Shown here: in pieces, positions 25,657-32,000 of the stretch
How the letters are laid out: each line of letters starts with the position of its first letter
Position numbering within the stretch: the first letter of the stretch is position 1
NCBI GenBank assembly: GCA_046533775.1
Contig: JAWDOO010000003.1
Coordinates: forward strand, 30,001-62,000
Reading direction: 5' to 3'
Origin: Candidatus Nanopusillus sp.
GTDB taxonomy: Archaea; Nanobdellota; Nanobdellia; Nanobdellales; Nanobdellaceae
Length of the DNA stretch: 32,000 nt
The notes under the pieces: generated by a model
Seen by the model: only the letters and a program-made list of their open reading frames with translations
Databases searched by the model: none
What the model was told of the DNA's origin: nothing
Translations under genes and position numbers: made by a program

Positions 25657-26849
25657 TAATTTCTTTAGGAATAGAATCTACTGCTCATACATATTCAATT
25701 GGAATTGTTGATGAGAATGGAAATATATATTCTAATGAGAGAATAATATATAAAAGTGAGAAGGGAGGAATACATCCAAGAGAAGCTGCAGAGTTACATT
25801 CAAAAGAGAGTATTAATATTTTAAGAAATTCCGTATGGAAAGCTGGATTTATTTTTAAGAAATTAAATGATAAATTTTATATTGTAGATGCATTATATGA
25901 GATAAAAAATAAATTAGAGGGATCAGAGGAAAAATTTTATAATGAACCATGGAATAGAAAAAGATATATAATATATAATAATAATAAAATATGGATTGAA
26001 AATAATAAAATAGTCTCAGATAATAAAGAATTGGAAAATATTTTAAATTCATATATAAATAATTTAAATAATTTTGAAAGAAAAATAAATTTAATTTCAT
26101 ATTCTGCAGGACCTGGTTTATATCCAACATTGGTTCAAGCATATTTTAGTGGTAAATTATTTTCTAAAATATTTAATTCAAATTTAATTGGAGTAAATCA
26201 TTTAATAGCACATGCTGAAATTGTTAAATTATATAATAAATTTACTGATCCTTTAATTTTATTAGTTTCAGGAGCAAATACAATGTTATTATCATTTGAA
26301 GGAAATAAATATAGAATTGTTGGGGAGACTTTAGATATGGGTGTAGGAAACTTTTTAGATAAAGTTGGTAGATTATTAAATATTGGATTTCCAGCTGGTC
26401 CAAAAATTGAAGAATTATCAAAAAAAGGAAAAAATCTAATAAAATTACCATATTCTGTTAAAGGAATGGATATACAATTAGGAGGAATATATACGTATAT
26501 AAAAAATCTAATAAAAAGGGAAAATATTAATATATATGATTTATCATATTCTATTCAAGAATATATATTTTCAATGTTAGCAGAAATATCTGAAAGAGGA
26601 TTATCTTTATTGGATAAAAGAGAATTTGGATTAACTGGAGGAGTTGCTGTAAATAAAAGATTACAAGAGATTTTATATTTAATGTGTAATGAAAGGAATG
26701 TAAAATTTGGAACTGTTCCTTTAGATTTAGGAAATGATAATGGTGCTATGATTGCATGGACTGGAATTTTATGGTATAAAAATGGTATAAATATAATTGA
26801 TGGGATTAATCCATATTGGAGGCCTGAGGATATTGAATATAAAATTTAA
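25653..26849 (+). CDS. kae1: tRNA N6-adenosine threonylcarbamoyltransferase Kae1 (with a roughly 75 aa insertion)
   Basis: LGIESTAHTYSIGIV, GGIHPREAAELH, the metal-binding GVNHLIAHAEI, YRIVGETLDMGVGNFLDK, LTGGVAVNKRL and GNDNGAMIAW. At 398 aa it is longer than the usual ~330 aa. Confidence 0.9.
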   Translation: MIISLGIESTAHTYSIGIVDENGNIYSNERIIYKSEKGGIHPREAAELHSKESINILRNSVWKAGFIFKKLNDKFYIVDALYEIKNKLEGSEEKFYNEPWNRKRYIIYNNNKIWIENNKIVSDNKELENILNSYINNLNNFERKINLISYSAGPGLYPTLVQAYFSGKLFSKIFNSNLIGVNHLIAHAEIVKLYNKFTDPLILLVSGANTMLLSFEGNKYRIVGETLDMGVGNFLDKVGRLLNIGFPAGPKIEELSKKGKNLIKLPYSVKGMDIQLGGIYTYIKNLIKRENINIYDLSYSIQEYIFSMLAEISERGLSLLDKREFGLTGGVAVNKRLQEILYLMCNERNVKFGTVPLDLGNDNGAMIAWTGILWYKNGINIIDGINPYWRPEDIEYKI

Positions 26850-26859
26850 ATATTATATT

Positions 26860-27012
26860 ATGAATCATTATATTATAATGGTGGACCAGAACACCCTGTT
26901 GGAATTAATAAAATTGAGAAGCAATGCAAGAAGAAAAAATTTGGGAAGTAATACAAAAGTAATAAGGAATCTAAGAAAGAAAATGGCTAGAGAAAATATT
27001 GTTGTGGGATGA
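26860..27012 (+). CDS. rpl29: 50S ribosomal protein uL29-like (short; start uncertain)
   Basis: LIKLRSNARRKNLGSNTKVIRNLRKKMARENIVVG follows the uL29 C-terminal helix pattern (L.KLR...R....N...IR..RK.IAR). It occupies the conserved position directly upstream of SUI1 and Rpp29. In-frame start candidates are 26797 (53-nt overlap with kae1), 26860 and 26878. Confidence 0.5.
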   Translation: MNHYIIMVDQNTLLELIKLRSNARRKNLGSNTKVIRNLRKKMARENIVVG

Positions 27013-27323
27013 AAAAGAAACTTTTCTCAGGTCTTCCAATAGATTTAGAGAATACAACAAAGGAAATAGAGAAAGAATTTCAGAAAATTATAGTAAGGGC
27101 TGAAAAAAGAAGTTATGGAAAGATTGTTACAATTTTGGAGGGTGTAGATCCATCTATTGCAAAGGAAACATTGAAAAGTTTAAAACAAAAGTTGGGTTGT
27201 GGGGGTACATATAAGGATAATTTAATAGAATTGCAGGGGGATCATAGAGAAAAAATAAAGAAATTATTATTGGAATTGGGTTTTAAGGAAGAGAATATAG
27301 AAATATCTAATGAAATTGAATAA
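27009..27323 (+). CDS. translation initiation factor aIF1 / SUI1
   Basis: KRSYGKIVTILEGVDPSIAKETLKSLKQKLGCGGTYKDNLIELQGDHREKIKKLLLELGF is the SUI1 domain. Confidence 0.88.
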   Translation: MKKKLFSGLPIDLENTTKEIEKEFQKIIVRAEKRSYGKIVTILEGVDPSIAKETLKSLKQKLGCGGTYKDNLIELQGDHREKIKKLLLELGFKEENIEISNEIE

Positions 27324-27588
27324 ATATTTTTTATCTTATGAATTTATTGGATTAAATGTAGAAGTATATGATTGTAAAATAAAAAGTTTAAAAGGTATAT
27401 ATGGAGAGATAATAGATGAAACAAAAAATACATTTTATATAAAGAATAAAAATAAAATATATATAGTTCCAAAGCGCATATCAAAATTTATTTTTTATTT
27501 CAATGATTATTCAATTTTTTTAGATGGAAAATTAATAGATAGAAGACCATGGGAAAGGTTAAAAGTAAATATAAAGAAGAAGGTATAA
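27310..27588 (+). CDS. rnp1: RNase P protein component 1 (Rpp29/Pop4)
   Basis: EFIGLNVEVYDCKIKSLKGIYGEIIDETKNTFYIKNKNKIYIVPKRISKFIFYF...LDGKLIDRRPWERLK matches the Sm-like Rpp29 pattern (G..G.V.DET.NT..I....K..PK....F.F....G..L..RP..R). Confidence 0.85.
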   Translation: MKLNKYFLSYEFIGLNVEVYDCKIKSLKGIYGEIIDETKNTFYIKNKNKIYIVPKRISKFIFYFNDYSIFLDGKLIDRRPWERLKVNIKKKV

Positions 27589-27620
27589 AGTTTATATATT
27601 ACTAAATTTTTAAATATATT

Positions 27621-28121
27621 ATGAAAATAAAGGCTGTATCTCCTCTGATTGCAACAATTATATTAATTGCTCTAACAGTAGCTTTAGGTGCAATTATTGT
27701 TGGATGGGCAAGAGGCTATGTTAATAAACAAGTTACAAATCTAGGTGCTCAAGTTGAAATACTACAAGTAAGTTATAATGACTCAAATGGTAATATAACA
27801 ATTTTAGCTCAAAATATAGGATCTACTCAATTAGTTACAAATAATCTTTTAATAGAATTTTCTTCTACCAATGGAAATAGTCAAAAATGTCCTTTAGTTT
27901 TAAGTGGAAATGCTGGAGGATATTTATCATGCTATATATATAATATAACAAATCCATCATCTGGTAACTCATATATAAATAGTACAATACCTTCAAATTC
28001 AATATTTCTTATAAATATGACAGTCAATATGAATAGTTTTGGAATATCTACTTTAGATGGTTCTACTATTTATATATATTATTATGATAATCCAGTATCC
28101 AATGGATATACAATACCATGA
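27621..28121 (+). CDS. archaeal type IV pilin (DUF1628-type N-terminus)
   Basis: MKIKA|VSPLIATIILIALTVALGAIIVGWARGYV is the AVSPVIATILLIAITV class III signal/pilin motif. The remainder is rich in Ser/Asn/Gly/Thr, with sequons including NDS, NIT, NSS, NST and NMT. Confidence 0.75.
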   Translation: MKIKAVSPLIATIILIALTVALGAIIVGWARGYVNKQVTNLGAQVEILQVSYNDSNGNITILAQNIGSTQLVTNNLLIEFSSTNGNSQKCPLVLSGNAGGYLSCYIYNITNPSSGNSYINSTIPSNSIFLINMTVNMNSFGISTLDGSTIYIYYYDNPVSNGYTIP

Positions 28122-28177
28122 TTTACTTTTTAGTAGTTAATTAAAAGAATAAATGACTTCTATAAATATTTTTATTT

Positions 28178-29353
28178 ATGGAAATTAAATCTGCAAAAGC
28201 AAGAGTAGTTTTAAATTCTAGAGGAGATCCTACATTAGAAATTGAAATAAATGGATATTCAGAAGCTGCTCCAGAAGGTGCAAGTAAAGGTTCTGGTGAA
28301 GTTATATATTTAGATCCGAAAAAAGCTGCTGAATTATTTAATAATGAATTAATAGATTTTCTTAAGACATTTGATATAGCATCTTTAGATGATTTAAAAG
28401 AATTTGAAAATGAATTTGAATCAATTGGAGGAATAAAAAGATATGGAGGTAATACATTAATTGCTACAGAATATGCTATATTAAGGGCATGGTCTAATTA
28501 TGAAGGAAAACCAATTTATCAATTTTTTAATAAAAATCCAAAAATAAATATAAGAATATTGGCAAATGTTATTGGTGGTGGTGCACATGCAAAAGGTAGA
28601 AGCACAAATATTCAAGAATTTTTAGTTTCTCCAGATACAGATAATTTACCTTTATCTATTTTTATTGCATCATATATACATAAATTATTGGGAAAGAGAT
28701 TGGAATTGTTGGATGATAAATTTTTATATGGAAGAAATGATGAGGGTGCATGGACAACATCACTTGAAGATGAGACAGTATTTAATATAATAAAAATGGT
28801 TTTTGATGAAGTTAAGATGGATTATAATATAAAAGTTGATCTTGGAATTGATTTTGCCGCAACCCAATTATATAAAGACAATGCATATAGATATAAAAAT
28901 AAAGTATTTTCTAGAGAAGATCAAATAAAATATGTAAAGTTTCTCATAGATACATATGATCTATTTTATGTTGAAGACCCATTATATGAAGAAGATTTTG
29001 AAGGATTTGCAGAAATAAATAATAGTACAAAGAGTTTAATTGTTGGAGATGATCTGACTGTAACAAATATAGAAAGGATAAAAAAATCTTTAATATATAA
29101 ATCAATTAAGGGTGTTATAATAAAACCAAATCAAATAGGTTCTATTGTTAAAGCATACGAAGCTGTAAAATTTTGTAAAGAAAATGGTCTTATACCAATA
29201 TTATCTCATAGATCTGGAGAGACTGAAAGTAATATATTAGCACATTTGGCAGTTGGATTTGAAGTTCCATTTGTAAAGTTTGGAATTGTAAATGGAGAAA
29301 GAATTGCAAAACTAAATGAATTAATTAGAATATATGAAAGTCTAAATAAATAA
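28178..29353 (+). CDS. eno: enolase (phosphopyruvate hydratase)
   Basis: IKSAKARVVLNSRGDPTLEIEI at the N-terminus, EDPLYEEDFEGF, VGDDLTVTN, IKPNQIGS and SHRSGETES. At 391 aa it is somewhat short. Confidence 0.9.
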   Translation: MEIKSAKARVVLNSRGDPTLEIEINGYSEAAPEGASKGSGEVIYLDPKKAAELFNNELIDFLKTFDIASLDDLKEFENEFESIGGIKRYGGNTLIATEYAILRAWSNYEGKPIYQFFNKNPKINIRILANVIGGGAHAKGRSTNIQEFLVSPDTDNLPLSIFIASYIHKLLGKRLELLDDKFLYGRNDEGAWTTSLEDETVFNIIKMVFDEVKMDYNIKVDLGIDFAATQLYKDNAYRYKNKVFSREDQIKYVKFLIDTYDLFYVEDPLYEEDFEGFAEINNSTKSLIVGDDLTVTNIERIKKSLIYKSIKGVIIKPNQIGSIVKAYEAVKFCKENGLIPILSHRSGETESNILAHLAVGFEVPFVKFGIVNGERIAKLNELIRIYESLNK

Positions 29354-29614
29354 CTTAAACCATTTTTTATATTCTTCAGGTACTTCAATTAATTTTAAAT
29401 TAATTAATGTATCTAGAATTCCCCAAATATAATTTTCCAATTCAAATGCTTTTACAAAATCTTTTTTCTCATAAAAATATTTTAAATCTTTATAATAAGA
29501 TATAAGGAAATCTTCGAATCTATTATCTAAAAATTTTATATTCTTAAATATTAATTCCAATTTTTTATATTCTCTGTCTAAATAATAAAAGAATTCCTCT
29601 TCATTTATTTCCAT
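29342..29614 (-). CDS. hypothetical small helical protein (possibly DUF357-like)
   Basis: 90 aa. AFELENYIWGILDTLINLKLIEVP resembles the small archaeal DUF357 family from memory only. It overlaps the eno 3' end by 12 nt. Confidence 0.4.
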   Translation of the reverse strand: MEINEEEFFYYLDREYKKLELIFKNIKFLDNRFEDFLISYYKDLKYFYEKKDFVKAFELENYIWGILDTLINLKLIEVPEEYKKWFKLFI

Positions 29615-29642
29615 TTATATAATTTATTTAAAATTTTAATAA

Positions 29643-30353
29643 ATGGATCTTATAGATATATTATCTAAATTTAGTATTGAAGAAATATTATATTTCGAAG
29701 AAAATTATGATTTACAATATAGATATTTAAGATTTTTATATAAAAATATAAAAAATCAAGATTTATTTTTGAAACTAATTGTAATAAATTCTTTATTAGC
29801 ATTCCAATTATCATATAAAGGAGAAAAATTCTGGAAAATATTTTCTATATATTTCTCTAAGCATAATGATAATATATATAACAATTTTTTATCTTTTATA
29901 GATTTATATAATAGAAGATATAAAGAAATAAAAATAAAAAGATTAAATAAAATTTATAATTGGATTAAAGATAAAGATTTATTAATTTATAAAGATGATT
30001 TAGTTAAATTTAATTCAGAAATTGCGAAAGTAATGGGACAAAATATTTATGATAAAACAATAGTATTTTCAACAAAAATTTATGGTTATGGATTAAGAAT
30101 TATTGGATATAAAATAATATTCCCATTTGAAATATTTATACCAATAGATAATAGAATTGGGAAAATTAGTAAAGATAAAAATTATTGGATAAAATTAGCA
30201 AAAGAAATAAATATACCATTACTACATGTAGATTCTTTAATATGGATTACTATGGGATTAGATAATAATAAAATAGATGAGATAAAAAATGAAGAGCTTA
30301 AAAATAAAATTAAATTATTAAAAAATTATTTAGATAATATTATTAATAATTAA
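29643..30353 (+). CDS. N-glycosylase/DNA lyase, AGOG-like (archaeal 8-oxoguanine glycosylase family)
   Basis: 236 aa. LIVINSLLAFQLSYKGEKFWKIFSIYF and IFIPIDNRIGKIS resemble AGOG-family motifs (ALVSYQL..GE..W; PIPVD.R). This is a recollection-based match and has not been verified. Confidence 0.55.
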   Translation: MDLIDILSKFSIEEILYFEENYDLQYRYLRFLYKNIKNQDLFLKLIVINSLLAFQLSYKGEKFWKIFSIYFSKHNDNIYNNFLSFIDLYNRRYKEIKIKRLNKIYNWIKDKDLLIYKDDLVKFNSEIAKVMGQNIYDKTIVFSTKIYGYGLRIIGYKIIFPFEIFIPIDNRIGKISKDKNYWIKLAKEINIPLLHVDSLIWITMGLDNNKIDEIKNEELKNKIKLLKNYLDNIINN

Positions 30354-30794
30354 AAGGCCATCTGTAACATATAATATATCTCTAGCAATCTTTTCCTCAT
30401 TTATTAATTTTGAATCAAAATCTGATCCAATTTTTCCATTTCCAATAGATATTTTTTCAGTTGGAGATAATAAATATTTATCATATTCTAATATAAATTC
30501 TTCAGATTTTTTTAATAAATATCCTAAATATATTAATTGATTTAGACCGTATGTTTTATTTTTATCGCTCAAATCGTTAAAATTATATATATATAAATTA
30601 ATATTACTCTCCATTAATTTTATTTTATTATCTTTTATTAATAATGTAGCTTGCCAATTCTTTTTATAATCTTTATAATTTGATGATGCTATTGTTTTAT
30701 TATTATATTCTAATATCATCTTTTCCTTTTCCTTTTTTATTGTTACCTTACCTTCTTCCAAAGATAACTTTAGCCCTATACCCAATATATCCAT
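30330..30794 (-). CDS. hypothetical protein
   Basis: 154 aa ORF with the same composition as its neighbours. It fills an otherwise empty interval. No motif recognised. It overlaps the AGOG-like gene's 3' end by 24 nt. Confidence 0.45.
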   Translation of the reverse strand: MDILGIGLKLSLEEGKVTIKKEKEKMILEYNNKTIASSNYKDYKKNWQATLLIKDNKIKLMESNINLYIYNFNDLSDKNKTYGLNQLIYLGYLLKKSEEFILEYDKYLLSPTEKISIGNGKIGSDFDSKLINEEKIARDILYVTDGLLIINNII

Positions 30795-30859
30795 AAGCTA
30801 TTTATAGAAAATCATATATAAAAAGATTATTAAAAATTTATTAAGTAATTTATATATAT

Positions 30860-30932
30860 GCCGCCGTAGCTCAGTTGGTAGAGCAGCCGGCTGTTAACCG
30901 GCAGGTCGTGGGTTCAAGTCCCACCGGCGGCG
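30860..30932 (+). tRNA. tRNA-Asn (anticodon GTT)
   Basis: Cloverleaf: GCCGCCG/CGGCGGC acceptor, GCTC/GAGC D stem, GCCGG/CCGGC anticodon stem, loop CTGTTAA, T arm GTGGG-TTCAAGT-CCCAC, discriminator G. The stop codon of the convergent gene starts at the next base. Confidence 0.92.
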
Positions 30933-31799
30933 CTATTCATTATAATATTTATATAATAGTTCTCTATTTGCTTCTAGTTGTATATTTTTAATATTTAGAT
31001 AATCTGCAGCAGATAAAAATTCTGTACCATAATTTTTTCCAATTTCATTTAAGTTATCTAAGATTTCCTTATAATTTAAAGATCTAGCCATATGATGGTC
31101 AATTATTATTTTACTAACTTTTGTATTCTCTAACAAATTCTCAATATTTTTATAAAATATTTCGTTATATGAATTATCCCATTTTATATGATAAAAAGGA
31201 GGACCAGATAATATTATATAATCAGGATTCTTTTCTATTATATAGTTTAATGTATAGTTTGTTAGAATACCTTGAATATCTGATCCAAAAAACAAAGATT
31301 TATTTTTGTATTCTATATATGTACCAATTACATAACCCAGGTTTGAATTTTCTATTCCATGGAATAATGGAGGAGATATTTCTATATAAGTATTATTAAA
31401 TTTGAATGATTTATTATCTCCAATAATTATTTCAGATTTATCTTTTATTTTTTCATATACAATCTTTCCTCTTTTTCTTTGAGAATTATTTATATAATTA
31501 TTAAAATCTTTTATAATCAACTTTTTATTATACAATATCTTGAAATGTTCTTCCTTCGGATTTGGACAGTGATCCCAATGATAATGTGTAATAATTATTA
31601 AATCAACATCTTTTGATAGTTCAATTATTTCTTTTTTCTTGTTTTTTAATTCTTCTAATTCAATTTTATGCGGTTTTAGATTATATCTATAAGGAGCAAT
31701 TGCAATGGATGGATCTATAAATATCTTAATATCAGTTTTAATAATTGTTGCCATGGATCTTGTTGAAAATGAATCATATGCAATTGGTATTATTATCAT
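30933..31799 (-). CDS. MBL-fold metallo-hydrolase, UPF0282-like
   Basis: The N-terminus MIIIPIAYDSFSTRSMATIIKT...FIDPSIAIAPYRYNLKPH and the HxHxDH-type motif IITHYHWDHCP are typical of the archaeal UPF0282 / metallo-beta-lactamase family. Confidence 0.72.
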   Translation of the reverse strand: MIIIPIAYDSFSTRSMATIIKTDIKIFIDPSIAIAPYRYNLKPHKIELEELKNKKKEIIELSKDVDLIIITHYHWDHCPNPKEEHFKILYNKKLIIKDFNNYINNSQRKRGKIVYEKIKDKSEIIIGDNKSFKFNNTYIEISPPLFHGIENSNLGYVIGTYIEYKNKSLFFGSDIQGILTNYTLNYIIEKNPDYIILSGPPFYHIKWDNSYNEIFYKNIENLLENTKVSKIIIDHHMARSLNYKEILDNLNEIGKNYGTEFLSAADYLNIKNIQLEANRELLYKYYNE

Positions 31800-31819
31800 T
31801 AAAAAATATTAATAAAAAA

Positions 31820-31999
31820 TTAATAAATAGCTTTTCCTATTTCTTCAATAAATTCCTTTTCAAGATATTCAAATGCATTTGTAATTTTTGATGGATTTAT
31901 TCCATATAATTTAATTATATTATTGTTATCTATTTCAAATATAAATCCAGAATATTCTTTATATTTTCCCTTTATAATTTCAACAACCTTCTTTACAAA
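31820..31999 (-). CDS. hypothetical protein, C-terminal fragment (gene continues beyond the window end)
   Basis: My own translation of the minus strand gives an open frame from the window edge: FVKKVVEIIKGKYKEYSGFIFEIDNNNIIKLYGINPSKITNAFEYLEKEFIEEIGKAIY*, with the stop at 31820-31822. No function recognised. Confidence 0.4.
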   Translation of the reverse strand, partial: FVKKVVEIIKGKYKEYSGFIFEIDNNNIIKLYGINPSKITNAFEYLEKEFIEEIGKAIY

Positions 32000-32000
32000 T

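Noticed and set aside
25855-26451. Minus-strand ORFs 25855-26142 and 26242-26451 inside kae1
   Set aside because: Antisense shadows. The first coincides with the Asn/Lys-rich Kae1 insertion. I briefly considered that the insertion might be a separate antisense gene, but the Kae1 frame is continuous and conserved on both sides.
26797-26859. Long start (26797) for the uL29-like ORF given in the ORF track
   Set aside because: It would overlap kae1 by 53 nt, and the extra 21 residues (MMGLIHIGGLRILNIKFKYYI) do not resemble the uL29 N-terminal helix. I kept it as an alternative only.
29206-29388. Minus-strand ORF 29206-29388 overlapping the enolase 3' end
   Set aside because: It is antisense to the SHRSGETE-containing region of enolase. 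The adjacent 29342-29614 ORF already accounts for the minus strand.
31121-31399. Plus-strand ORF 31121-31399 inside the MBL-fold gene
   Set aside because: It is antisense to the UPF0282-like gene and has a low-complexity translation.
1-32000. CRISPR arrays, C/D-box sRNAs and split tRNA half-genes
   Set aside because: I scanned for regularly spaced direct repeats, for RTGATGA...CTGA box pairs in spacers, and for GC-rich islands outside the five tRNAs, and found none. All intergenic spacers except one are too short to hold such genes.

Overview
This is a very AT-rich, tightly packed archaeal chromosome segment. I call 41 features. Intergenic DNA is almost absent and many neighbouring genes overlap by 4-32 nt. 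Most of the content is core housekeeping.

- **Translation:** eS28, eL24, eS6, a short uL29-like ORF, aIF5B, aIF1/SUI1, ThrRS and five intron-less tRNAs (Glu, Thr, Asp, Lys, Asn).
- **RNA processing and modification:** TmcA, a TrmA/RlmD-like U-C5 methyltransferase, a two-subunit tRNA splicing endonuclease, Kae1, a small Bud32/RIO-like kinase and RNase P protein Rpp29.
- **Other core functions:** SufB, enolase, NDK, an AGOG-like DNA glycosylase and a UPF0282 MBL-fold protein.
- **Cell surface:** a minus-strand N-glycosylation operon (AglB, GPT/AglH-like, Wzx-like flippase, PfkB kinase), a sugar nucleotidyltransferase, at least five proteins with class III (type IV pilin/archaellin) signal peptides, and a FlaJ/TadC-family platform protein encoded as two divergent half-genes.

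Several traits suggest a reduced thermophilic Nanoarchaeota/DPANN-like genome: GC-rich tRNAs (about 63% G+C counted for tRNA-Thr) in an AT-rich background, the heteromeric endonuclease, scattered ribosomal-operon fragments and a split gene. This is inference and needs a database search.

I see no CRISPR array, transposase, integrase, toxin-antitoxin pair or recognisable defence gene, so I cannot support a claim of a novel defence system. The most unusual items are listed here and detailed in the findings.

- The head-to-head split platform pair, whose second half carries an extracellular C-terminal domain, with orphan glycoprotein neighbours.
- A pyrophosphatase-like ORF with a degenerate active site.
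- Alloacceptor tRNA pairs that share identical halves.
- A 385-bp non-coding gap next to tRNA-Lys.
- Lineage-specific insertions or extensions in Kae1, AglB and the flippase.
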